A DNA stretch of 64,000 nucleotides from Candidatus Bathyarchaeota archaeon. Its GTDB lineage: Archaea > Thermoproteota > Bathyarchaeia > Bathyarchaeales > Bathycorpusculaceae. Location: assembly GCA_963768425.1 (NCBI GenBank), contig CAVYHV010000015.1, positions 24,427 through 88,426 on the forward strand, written 5' to 3'. Position numbers and translations under genes: made by a program. A model generated the notes under the pieces. That model ran no database searches. It worked only from the letters and a program-made list of their open reading frames with translations, and was not told where the DNA came from. Shown here piece by piece: positions 32,328 to 42,167 of this stretch (positions within the stretch are counted from its first letter, which is position 1; the number at the start of each line of letters is the position of its first letter).

Positions 32328-32426
32328 ATATGTCGCCGTAAACAGTACTGTTTACAACTCACTTAAACGTTTCCTAAACAACCATCCGAGTCCCGACCCA
32401 CTCTGTCTTGCGGATAATGGTGCAAC

Positions 32427-32464
32427 GAAGGTTTAAACGACGACATGAAGCTAGCCCTCTGCAC
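32427..32464 (+). repeat. att-like site R5, right boundary of the island (followed by CA, giving GCACCA)
   Basis: GAAGGTTTAAACGACGACATGAAGCTAGCCCTCTGCAC. Confidence 0.85.
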
Positions 32465-33350
32465 CAACTATACTTTTAAGAAAAAAGAGCTCTCGGTGAG
32501 AGAAAATGGCTTTGAGCTTGTTCTGATGCACCGAGTTTCCACGTAGTCTAATATGCTTGATCGTGTTTGTTCTGTGGCTTTTGTAAGGTTTATGGCTCTG
32601 TTTCTGGCTTTTCATTCTTTCGTCTTTCTGGTTTTCTCCATTTCTCAAAATGGTTCAGACTTTTTAATGCCACAAACAAGAGCCCGAGCACATTGGATTA
32701 TAAAGCGTACAACTGGAAGGTTTCCCGGTTGATACCGGGCACTATGCGAAAACATCTGTAGAAGGTTAGTGTTTTGAAATAATGCGTTCAAAACCAAAAA
32801 TTTTATTGGGTTAATTAGCTTGGCTTCTACCGATCCTTTCATTTCATCTGACTGGAAGAGGATAGAGAAAAGATATCAAACTCTATGAATATGTCTAAAA
32901 GGATGCGACGAGAGTAGGCTCAGCTAGATGTAGGATTATTCAGATGGAACAGTGTGCTAATTTTATTGGTTTTGATCGCTTAGAATTTCTCTCAGGAACG
33001 TCCCAATCACTGCATATTTTTTCTAACGTTAAAGCAATGGGTTGATAGGATTCATATGGCGTTTCTTTGACACCTAACATTATCTTATATGCCAAGATAT
33101 AATATAGTTATTTCATTGGCTGTAATATTACGGTTTTCGACATAAGGCTAAAATCAACAAAGATATTCATATTCTAAGTTTTGGCTAACAAGTCTTCTCA
33201 AAAAGTCTTCAATCCCGCTTTATCATAGATTTCTGTAAATGCTTTGATGATTTGAGGCTTTGCTCAGTTAAGTCTTGATTTTCTTGTGGCTTTTAGAGAG
33301 TCTATTGAAACTTGGTCAAATTGATCCAAAATTCGCACGATGTAGAGTTT

Positions 33351-33455
33351 ACTTAGGCTCTGGAAAATTAAAGAAGAATTTCTTCATAGTTAGTCGAAAA
33401 AAAATCTGCATCGCTGCCTTGCAGCAATTCGTGACGCTATCAGAGCATTCTGAGC
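33351..33455. repeat. about 105-bp inverted-repeat-bounded element, copy C (diverged)
   Basis: ACTTAGGCTCTGGAAA...TCAGAGCATTCTGAGC, followed by the same GGxCTAAAAAAAGGAAA tract as copies A and B. Confidence 0.65.
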
Positions 33456-33543
33456 CATTTCTCTATTTCAGCTAATCTCAATGTTTTTTAGGGGCTAAAA
33501 AAAGGAAAAGGGAATTTTGATTTTTTATCATGGTTGCTTTTGC

Positions 33544-36213
33544 TTATGGACGTTTTCTTGTGACGAGTAACGCGATTACGGCGCCGATTATGATAATGAC
33601 GATGATGATTGCGATGCCCATGTATTCGAGTGCGTTTTGTGTTGCTAAACCGCTGAGCGGTGTTGATGTTGGTGCTTGTGTTGGTGCTGGGGCGCTGGCA
33701 TAGAAAGCGGTTTGAGCGGAAGAACCATAGTATGCTGGTGTACCTGCGAAGGTAGCTGTGACGGTGTAGTTGCCTTTGATGTCAGGTGTCCAATTTAAGC
33801 TGTAGAAGCCGTTTGCGTCAGTTGTGGTTGTTCCGATTGAGCGGTAGTTGTTGTTGCTGTCTAAGACGTATAGTGTGACTGGAACTCCCGTTATGTTGGT
33901 CGGCATTGGCTCCTGTTCATAAACAGCTTCCATAAACTGCTCCATGCTAGCGTCAGAAACACAAGGCAAGCCATTGGGGAAGTTTGCTGCTACTGCTTGT
34001 TGCTGTGAACCTGAAGATATGTCAGTGACCATTCCTGAGATGGTTATTGGAGTAGTTGTTGATACGCCGACGGAAGGTGCGCTAACTGTTGTTTTTGTGG
34101 GGCCTACGCCATATGAGTATATCTGGTTGTCGTATGCATTGAAAGTCAAGAGTTGCCCGTCGACTACTGCTGGACATGAACCTGTGTCAAAGTTGATTAT
34201 GCTCCAGACAAGTTTTCCTGTCGTTGCGTTGATTGCGTAAAGTTTTGCTCCGCTGAATAGTGGCGGACCGTAGCAGTGTCCAGATTCGGCAAAGAGCATG
34301 CCGCCTGCAAGTGTGGCTTCGTAGTCGCCGATGATCCAGAAGGGATTGACACCGTAGGGTGTGTTTTCTCCAGCTGTTCCGTCAGTAAAGCTCCAAATGA
34401 GGTTGCCGTTGGTAATGTTATATTTGTAGATCCATCCGCCGAATGTCCATGCGTATAAAGCTCCGCCTGCACATACGCCGCTTGTTTGGTCGTAGTAGCC
34501 TAAAGGATTCTGGAAGGGAGTTGTTGGACCCCACACTTGTTGTCCTGTGGTTGTGCTGTAACCGGAAAATGTTGTCGTTTCTTTGGTATATTCAACGTAG
34601 ACTCCATCGTTAGCTCCTGGTATGGCCATGACTGTTGAATAGGGGGTTTCGGTTTGGTTCTTTATCCAAAGTTGCGCTCCAGTGTTAAGGTTATAGGCTG
34701 CTCGCATAACCCAGCCTGTGGCAAATGAGTACATGGAATACTCACCAGCGCCTGCTCCTAAGATGGCTATGTTGTTGTCTGGATCTATTACTGCGTGTCC
34801 AACTTCGTCAAGTATCCAGCTAACTCCTGGAGGGAAAGCAGTCCCTTGATAGCTGTTTGGCAGTGGTACTGACCAGACTACTCCTTTAGAGTAGGCAGTT
34901 ACAGAGTTTTGGTTTAGCGTCGAGAAGCCTAAATCAACTCCTCCGCCTATTAGGCAAACGCTGGAGTTCCAGAAGTTCAGGAATTGAGTTCCAGTGGCGT
35001 TGGTACTGGTGTAGTACTGCAACAGAATGCCGTTGCTTCCTTCAATGTTTGTAACGCCGAATGATCCTGAGGGTCCTGAGCCGTTAATGCTTAGTATATA
35101 GTTTCCGGTTGCTGCGTCAAATAGGTCAAGGTAGTTTATTCCGTTTGTCGTTCTAGTTGCCCAGAGGTAGCTTTGTCCGCCGTAAGTGTTCGGTGATTTA
35201 TACACGTATACTTGTCCGCACATCAGAAGATCATATGAACCTGGAGCAAAGTAGTCTCGATAGTTCTTGGTCCAAAGAATTTGTCCTGATCTTAGGTCTC
35301 TGGCAACCCACCCTTGGTAGGCTCCACCACTTGAATAGGTTGGGACAGCATCATAGTAAAGAACTCCGTTGATGATTATCGGTGAAAACTTAGGTTGATA
35401 CTGGAACCCTGAGTAGTAGTTGCCTTGCTCGCTGGCACCGAATTCGCCGCCCATTTGACCGCCTGGTGAGCCAGGAACTAGTGGAGTAGTCCAAAGTATG
35501 TGTGCAGAGGTTGGTGCTGTGGTGTATGGGTTGTAGTTGCCGGTGACTGCGTAGTCTCCAGTGTTTGCGAATTCTACATCTCCTAATCCGAACCAGTTGC
35601 CGTCTAATACATACCAATTGTGATTGAACGCTTCGACAGGGTTCGTCCAGTAACTAGTTGGCAGCGGATTCTCCGAAATAGTGCTTGCGGGAGTTTGCGT
35701 AACCGAGATGGTCTCAGCTGCACTGGTAGAAGCACCAAAAACGTCGCCTATTGCCTGGGTATTGGAAAACGTCATGCCGCCCGGGTTTCCTTGGTCACCT
35801 GTCAGAGTCTCTCCAGGGAAGCTAAAGACTGCAGTGTAGTTGCCTAGTTCGGTCGGAGTAAATGTCGCGGTGTAGCCGCCTGCGTCATCAGATTGGAATG
35901 GTCCCAGGACTACTTGTTTACCGTCTGGCTGCGTAATTGTGACAGAAAGGCCTACCCATCGGTCACCTAACGGCCCGAAGGCAGTAGTTGGAGGTTTGTC
36001 AACCCACATTACAAGGAAAACGTTCTGACCTATGCCTACTTGCTGAGGGACAGCTTGAAGATACGCGTAAGTTGCAATTGTTCCTTGAATATCACGCGCT
36101 TTGGTGCTTGGTACGATTGCGATTGCTGCAGAAATTGAGAGGACTAATATCAAAGCAATTGACAGAGTTTTTTGGTTTTCATTTGATAATTGCATTTTTC
36201 TTTTTTTCTCCAT
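33544..36213 (-). CDS. beta-propeller surface protein paralog 3 (intact)
   Basis: same architecture as paralog 1; RKRP end. Confidence 0.85.
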   Translation of the reverse strand: MEKKRKMQLSNENQKTLSIALILVLSISAAIAIVPSTKARDIQGTIATYAYLQAVPQQVGIGQNVFLVMWVDKPPTTAFGPLGDRWVGLSVTITQPDGKQVVLGPFQSDDAGGYTATFTPTELGNYTAVFSFPGETLTGDQGNPGGMTFSNTQAIGDVFGASTSAAETISVTQTPASTISENPLPTSYWTNPVEAFNHNWYVLDGNWFGLGDVEFANTGDYAVTGNYNPYTTAPTSAHILWTTPLVPGSPGGQMGGEFGASEQGNYYSGFQYQPKFSPIIINGVLYYDAVPTYSSGGAYQGWVARDLRSGQILWTKNYRDYFAPGSYDLLMCGQVYVYKSPNTYGGQSYLWATRTTNGINYLDLFDAATGNYILSINGSGPSGSFGVTNIEGSNGILLQYYTSTNATGTQFLNFWNSSVCLIGGGVDLGFSTLNQNSVTAYSKGVVWSVPLPNSYQGTAFPPGVSWILDEVGHAVIDPDNNIAILGAGAGEYSMYSFATGWVMRAAYNLNTGAQLWIKNQTETPYSTVMAIPGANDGVYVEYTKETTTFSGYSTTTGQQVWGPTTPFQNPLGYYDQTSGVCAGGALYAWTFGGWIYKYNITNGNLIWSFTDGTAGENTPYGVNPFWIIGDYEATLAGGMLFAESGHCYGPPLFSGAKLYAINATTGKLVWSIINFDTGSCPAVVDGQLLTFNAYDNQIYSYGVGPTKTTVSAPSVGVSTTTPITISGMVTDISSGSQQQAVAANFPNGLPCVSDASMEQFMEAVYEQEPMPTNITGVPVTLYVLDSNNNYRSIGTTTTDANGFYSLNWTPDIKGNYTVTATFAGTPAYYGSSAQTAFYASAPAPTQAPTSTPLSGLATQNALEYMGIAIIIVIIIIGAVIALLVTRKRP

Positions 36214-36594
36214 TCAGTTTTGTTTTTCTATTGAGCAAAAGGCACAGACAAGATGGAGAATAGATATGTTCGCCACTTGCCCGCCGCTTGCCCATTGGCT
36301 TATCACAAAAATTTATATTTAATACTTTGCAAGACTGAGAAAAACAAATCGACAAAATTGCATTTTCGTACAAAAAAAGGCAACAATGAATGTTCATCCA
36401 AGGAAGCCCAAATTTGCAAGAGCAAGAAGAAATGAAGATTTGCGGAAGAGATCACCAATCGCTTTTAGTCCAAACCTTGTCTTCGGCACCGCTATGTCTA
36501 TTTTTTTGAGAAAGCATGCATTTTGGCGATATGGATTTAATGTTTCTATCAAGTTTATATCTGAATTCTCAAATGTTACTTTTGGTGTTTAGTT

Positions 36595-37148
36595 ATGGAA
36601 CTTGATGATTGCATTAAGGGTAGAAGAAGCGTCAGAAGCTTTACCGATGAACCCGTGTCAAAAGAGGAAGTCCAAGCGATATTGGAAGCAGGCACGTGGG
36701 CGCCCACAGGAATGAACAGGCAGCCTTGGAAGTTCATTATCATCGAAAACAAGAAAGTAATCCAGCTCGTCTCTGAAGAACCAAGGTTTTAGTTAGACAA
36801 AACATGCCGCCGCTGGCAAAGCAATACTCCACAGAACAAGACGTTATCTGCTACGACACACCCATGCTTATCCTAATATGCGCGGAAAAAGACAAGCAAT
36901 GGGAAAACCTCAACCTGCTCGACTCAGTGCTTGCTGCCCAGAACATGTTTTTGAAAGCGTATGAACTAGGGCTTGGAACATGCTATATGGGTTTCGTCAC
37001 TTTGCTCAATAGCAAGCCGGAAGTGCTCAAAAAGATCGGCGTGCCGGAAAACTACCGGATGATGGTGCCATTCATTTTGGGACACCCGAAAACAAAACAG
37101 GGCAAAGGGAAGAGAAACAAGCCCGAAATCAAAGAATGGCTAAAGTAA
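36595..37148 (+). CDS. nitroreductase family protein, 1-nt deletion near 36780
   Basis: RRSVRSF...APTGMNRQPW; GLGTCYMG; adding one A gives EETKVLVRQNMPPL. Confidence 0.9.
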
Positions 37149-37444
37149 AACACTTAAATTTTTGCCTTGACCGAAAGTCAAGTGCTTTTTTTCTTCGAGA
37201 ATCTATTGTTTTTTCTATAAGTCGAAATGAGTTTAGGCTTTGCGAATATCTGGCGAACAGCTTCTTCGTTGTTGCTAATTAATATTATAAGTTAAGATTT
37301 CAAGATCGTTCTCTTCATATGGTTTTCTTTTGATGGTTTATGGGTAGATTATGGGAAATCCTTAAGAAAGACGGCGAAGAGGGCAAATGCTATGATTACT
37401 CGGGAAAGGTAGCTTCGGAAGGTTTGTTGATAAGAGCTGGTTAG

Positions 37445-40400
37445 ATGGCAAGGTCGTTTTTTGATTCACTGAATCATTTCATTCGAAGACGTTACAGGTG
37501 GGTTATAGCTGCTTGGGTAGTTGCGGTTGTGCTTTCGCTTTTCCTTATCCCAAGTTTCTTCTCATCTGTCTCCTACGACCTTACAGGAGGGTTCGGAGCT
37601 CCAGCTAATACAATGTCGGAAAAGGCAGCCAACATCATCCAAGCCGAGTTTCCCGACGGCAACCTTAGCGATGCCAGCATTATTGTTCTTGTCCAGAACA
37701 CTTCAGTTTATTCAGATGCTCTAAAGCAGGTTGTTCTGGCTCTAAACCAAACTTTGTCTGATGATTCAAACGTGGGCAACTTCACGGGTGAACAGACTCT
37801 CTATTCAAGTGAAGCAAATGTTCTCAACGGCTCCCTCCCGGCGATAATTAACCAGACAGCTGCACTTCAACCCAATATAGTCCTGATCAACCAAGGCTTG
37901 TATTCATTGACTGGAAACCTGTCGTTGCTTAGCCAAAACCTGTTCCAAATGCAGGATGGAATCAACCAAACAGCGCAACTTGTATGGGGAGTTCCAGCGG
38001 CATTTGTTAATGTTTGGCAGGGCGTATCTCAGCAGTTCGTTGGGTCGGGTGACACTAACCCCTTCGACGCCAACGCGCAAGCCAACACGTCCACGCTTAA
38101 CGTAACAAGCAATTTCGGAGGCAACACCCAATCCATAGGATACTACATTGCTTTCTTCAACGCTTGGAACTCCAGTTTCTTGACTCTTCCACCGAGCACA
38201 TCTGTGTCTGATAGGGAAGCCTACGCTGTCGGCCAAGCTGTCACCGGATTCTTGAGCAACCCTCAGATTGATACCCAAACAGGCCAGATGATCGGCCTCG
38301 TCGCTTCCGGCTTAACCAGCGTAAATTGGAACCAAGCCGCTGCAGTTGAGAACTTAACGATTACAAGCATGGTTTCTGACATTCCGTCGAGTCTTGCATC
38401 TTCTCTTGGCGCTTCACCGTTAAGCGTCGTGAATGAACTATACAATCTCGGACGGTCGCCTTCAAACTCAACCATTGAAAACTACTCCATTACTCTATTA
38501 GAAAAAAGCTACAGCAACATGTCAACGGCAGATGCAGGCTTTTCTGTTTCTGACTTAATGCACTCCGCCTACGATTTAGGCTCATCACCGACCAACCTGC
38601 AGACATGGAACCTTGCGTGTGAATTAACATCAAACGCGACTCAAACTGCTATGGTCGATTCTCCTCTCTTCAGCGTAAACACCGACTCATTCACCAGTCT
38701 TCTCGAATCGCTCTCGCCAAACGCAACCGCCAATGATATCACTCAAGCAATTAACAACGAAGTTGCAACCAAATCCTGCATAGGCTACCCATTTGTGCTA
38801 ACCTCAGCGTTGACACACAACTTTGTTAACTCACAAAACAACACCATGATGGTCGTCTTCAGTTTCGCGTCCACTCCAGACGATAACACGATTGCCCATG
38901 TGAAGGCCGCTGTGCAAAACTCTGGGATTCAAAGTTACGGAACCGTCTTCGTCACTGGCGGTGCAGTATTGACTTCTGATGTCGCGAAAGCATTCATACC
39001 CGCCTTAGAAGTCACTATAGGTCCTGGAATAGCAATCTCACTATTGATAGTCGGACTGCTCTTTCTGGCGCCGATGGCTGCTCTCATCCCCGTCATGCTG
39101 GGAGGCGTTTCGATTTCCGTCGCGCTTGCCTCCATCTACGAAGGATTCGTGAAAATTGGCCATGGAAACCTCACTTTTCTCACTCCAACCCTGACTATAC
39201 TTCTCATGCTAGGTTTGGCCGTGGACTACTCGGTTTTGCAGCTTAGACGCACAAGGGAAGAACGGCTGAAAGGCAAAACAATCGAAGAAAGCGTAGGAAT
39301 CTCCATCAAATGGGCAGGCCAAGCTGTATTGACCGCAGGCATAACCGTCATCGTAGCTTACATCGTCATGGCGGTTGCAAACGTGCCCATATTCAGCGAC
39401 GTTGGAACAGCAATAGCCTTAGGAGTCGCAATCTTGCTCGCGGCGTCTTTGACTTTGCTGCCTGCTTTGGAAATTGCCTTAGGCGATAAGATCTTCTGGC
39501 CAGGGCTGAAGGGAAAAATCAACGCAAAGTCTGACCCCAACAAAAACGTGCTTAGACGTTTGGCTCATTGTACGCTTAAAAGGAAAGTGCCCGTTGTCGT
39601 AATCATCAGTGTCATTGCGCTAAGCGCTTTTATCGTTATGTATAGCACTCCAACAAGCGAGGAGTTCCTTAGGCTGATTCCGAACTTCCCGAGCAACCAG
39701 GGACTGACTGCTTTAGCCAACGATTTTGGAAGCGGAACCTTAGGGCCGACATCAATCGTCGTCACGACTGCGACGCCGATAACTTATGGAGAGAACCAGT
39801 TTAACCAGACGCTGCTTAACCAAATTGACGCCATCACAAATTCTGCTGCAGATTCCAAAGGCGTCGATTCAGCTTCGGGCACAACTAGACCCTATGGAGA
39901 TGCCTTCAACTACGCTTCGATCGGTAACATGTCTGTTCCAATTCAGCAGCAGTACGAAAGCCAAATGTTCTCAACCATCGGTAAAGATAACAAAACCGCA
40001 GTGATCACCGTTAACCTGGCGGATTCAGGCTTTAGCCCCGCCGCTATCAACTCGCTCAAAGGTGTCGAAAAGAACATCAGCAAACTGTCTCTACTGGCAG
40101 GAGTGAAAATTTACTATGGCGGAGAAACCCAGTCCATCTATGATGGTCAAACATTCATGACGAATTTGATTCCTGAAGTCGTGGCTATCCTTGCAGCGGC
40201 AGTCTACGTGATCTTATTCTTCCAGCTAAAATCCGCTTTTACCCCGGTTCGACTTATAGTTACGATTCTCTGCAGCGTCGTTTGCTCATTAGCAATCGTT
40301 TGCTTCGTCTTTTACTATGCCCTAAACCTGCCCATCCTTAACTTCGCGCCGCTCTTCGTTGTGGTAACCATGCTTGGCGTAGGAATAGACTACGACATAT

Positions 40401-40717
40401 TCTTCATAACCCGCATAAGAGAAGAAGTCCTCAACGGAAAAACAGACAATGACGCAATAGTAGAAGCCATCGACAAAGTCTGGGTAACAATCCTCGGCTT
40501 AGGCCTGGTCCTTGCAACCGTCTTCCTGTCACTGGTAATAACCAACATTGCCGTGCTTGAAGAAATCGCACTAGCCGTTGCCGCCGCAATCCTGATCGAC
40601 GTAACCGTAGTAATCCTCTTCTTCGTACCTTCACTAATGGGTTTGGCGCAGAAATTCAACTGGTGGCCCTACCGATTCACAAAAAACAAAAAAGCTGAAA
40701 ACAACAAGCATGTTTAG
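37445..40717 (+). CDS. MMPL/RND family transporter
   Basis: two TM bundles with GLAVDYS and GVGIDYDIF motifs and a large extracellular insert. Confidence 0.9.
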   Translation: MARSFFDSLNHFIRRRYRWVIAAWVVAVVLSLFLIPSFFSSVSYDLTGGFGAPANTMSEKAANIIQAEFPDGNLSDASIIVLVQNTSVYSDALKQVVLALNQTLSDDSNVGNFTGEQTLYSSEANVLNGSLPAIINQTAALQPNIVLINQGLYSLTGNLSLLSQNLFQMQDGINQTAQLVWGVPAAFVNVWQGVSQQFVGSGDTNPFDANAQANTSTLNVTSNFGGNTQSIGYYIAFFNAWNSSFLTLPPSTSVSDREAYAVGQAVTGFLSNPQIDTQTGQMIGLVASGLTSVNWNQAAAVENLTITSMVSDIPSSLASSLGASPLSVVNELYNLGRSPSNSTIENYSITLLEKSYSNMSTADAGFSVSDLMHSAYDLGSSPTNLQTWNLACELTSNATQTAMVDSPLFSVNTDSFTSLLESLSPNATANDITQAINNEVATKSCIGYPFVLTSALTHNFVNSQNNTMMVVFSFASTPDDNTIAHVKAAVQNSGIQSYGTVFVTGGAVLTSDVAKAFIPALEVTIGPGIAISLLIVGLLFLAPMAALIPVMLGGVSISVALASIYEGFVKIGHGNLTFLTPTLTILLMLGLAVDYSVLQLRRTREERLKGKTIEESVGISIKWAGQAVLTAGITVIVAYIVMAVANVPIFSDVGTAIALGVAILLAASLTLLPALEIALGDKIFWPGLKGKINAKSDPNKNVLRRLAHCTLKRKVPVVVIISVIALSAFIVMYSTPTSEEFLRLIPNFPSNQGLTALANDFGSGTLGPTSIVVTTATPITYGENQFNQTLLNQIDAITNSAADSKGVDSASGTTRPYGDAFNYASIGNMSVPIQQQYESQMFSTIGKDNKTAVITVNLADSGFSPAAINSLKGVEKNISKLSLLAGVKIYYGGETQSIYDGQTFMTNLIPEVVAILAAAVYVILFFQLKSAFTPVRLIVTILCSVVCSLAIVCFVFYYALNLPILNFAPLFVVVTMLGVGIDYDIFFITRIREEVLNGKTDNDAIVEAIDKVWVTILGLGLVLATVFLSLVITNIAVLEEIALAVAAAILIDVTVVILFFVPSLMGLAQKFNWWPYRFTKNKKAENNKHV

Positions 40718-41045
40718 GTCGATTTATTTAGTTTGCTATCAGTAACAAGTTTTTCGGTTTGCTTCGATGAGTTAAATCAATTGCGCCTTAATGCGCTGTT
40801 AATTTAATAAACAAGCTAACTTAAAACACGCCCATGCCATTTACAGCCTAAAACAAGGCTACAGTGCCAGACTCCGCCTATTCTGTAAATTAGGGTATTT
40901 AATTAAATGGGTCTTCAAAAAAATTTGGAAATAATTTTGAAATTTTGGGGCTTAACAAAAATCGTGCCTTTTAAGGGGCTAATTATTCAGCCATTACAAT
41001 AGCAAAAATAAAATATAGTTGTTCTAACTGTATTTCGGTGGTTGT

Positions 41046-41516
41046 TTGGGCATGAGAGTGATTGATGCAACTCTTATTGGGCTTGCTTTAATTTCTCTAA
41101 TCTTTGTTGGAATGGTCTTTTTGATTGTTGACTTACTGATTTTCAATTCTGTTAACCCTGTCTCAATTGAGATAGCAGATTTGGGCATGTTTTTAGGTTT
41201 AGCTTTTGGGTTGTTTGCAGGGAATTGGTATACTAAGCAACAACTGAGCATTTTATCCGAAAAGATTGAGTTTAGCAGTTTGGGTTCCAAGGGATTGTAC
41301 TATGCCTTGTTTTCTGGGTTGGCGATATTTCTTGTTTGTTCGTTCTTTGTTATTTTTTATAACGAGATCGTTTTCGCAGAGGGTTTGATTACCTTCGTTA
41401 TTTCAGCAACTTTTGCTTTGTACGTAATAAGGTTAATTGTTGTCTATTCATGGGAAAAGAGAGTAAGAAAAATAATGATGATGGAGTGGAACAAATTTTA
41501 TGCTATACCAAAATAA
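41046..41516 (+). CDS. four-helix membrane protein
   Basis: four hydrophobic segments. Confidence 0.6.
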   Translation: MGMRVIDATLIGLALISLIFVGMVFLIVDLLIFNSVNPVSIEIADLGMFLGLAFGLFAGNWYTKQQLSILSEKIEFSSLGSKGLYYALFSGLAIFLVCSFFVIFYNEIVFAEGLITFVISATFALYVIRLIVVYSWEKRVRKIMMMEWNKFYAIPK

Positions 41517-41583
41517 TCAGGTTTTAAGTTTTTCCATCGCTTGCTTTGGGTTTTAACTCTTAGAACTAACAATCAACCTTCGA

Positions 41584-41973
41584 TCAAAGCGTTTTCAACC
41601 AATCATCAAGTTGCTTCTCTTTTAAGCCCACGCCGAATCTTCCGTCAAGACGTTTGGAGACTTTGCCTTTTTCAAAGAATATAATGGTTGGAACAGCCTC
41701 AACGTCGTATATATCCCACAACTCATTGTCGTAGTCATCAAGCATGACGTGAATGATTTCTCCGTCGTTGAATATGCCTGTTTTCTTTTGGAAAACCGGA
41801 ACAAAACTCCTGCAGTAAGGACACCATGAAGCATGAAAAAGTGCAAGAACTTTCTCGTTCTTCTTCAATTCCTGATTTAGGCCTTGTTCACTATCAACTT
41901 TGATCATAAGTATCATTCTAAATCGTTTTGCGTTGTTCATAAACGTGCCGTTCCTGCTCCAACAAACGCACAT
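41584..41973 (-). CDS. thioredoxin family protein (true start probably about 20 codons downstream)
   Basis: WCPYC active site, VPT cis-Pro motif. Confidence 0.9.
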   Translation of the reverse strand: MCVCWSRNGTFMNNAKRFRMILMIKVDSEQGLNQELKKNEKVLALFHASWCPYCRSFVPVFQKKTGIFNDGEIIHVMLDDYDNELWDIYDVEAVPTIIFFEKGKVSKRLDGRFGVGLKEKQLDDWLKTL

Positions 41974-42167
41974 TTATAAAATTTCTCTTGACTAGACATA
42001 GTAGATATTTCTTAAGGATAGAGGGTTCTCACTTGAAGAGAACAAGGGTTACTTTGTTATCTTTTAAGGCGCAAACGGGAGACGTTTTCCATGGAAACCG
42101 ACATTAGCAATCATCCCAACTTTAAGGAAAGCTAAATAGATTAATCCATATCAAATAGCTGAACACG

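Noticed and set aside
19128-32464. 38-bp repeats as a CRISPR array
   Set aside because: Spacing is 0.6-9 kb with whole genes in between, no cas genes are present, and the repeats end in a tRNA 3' end.
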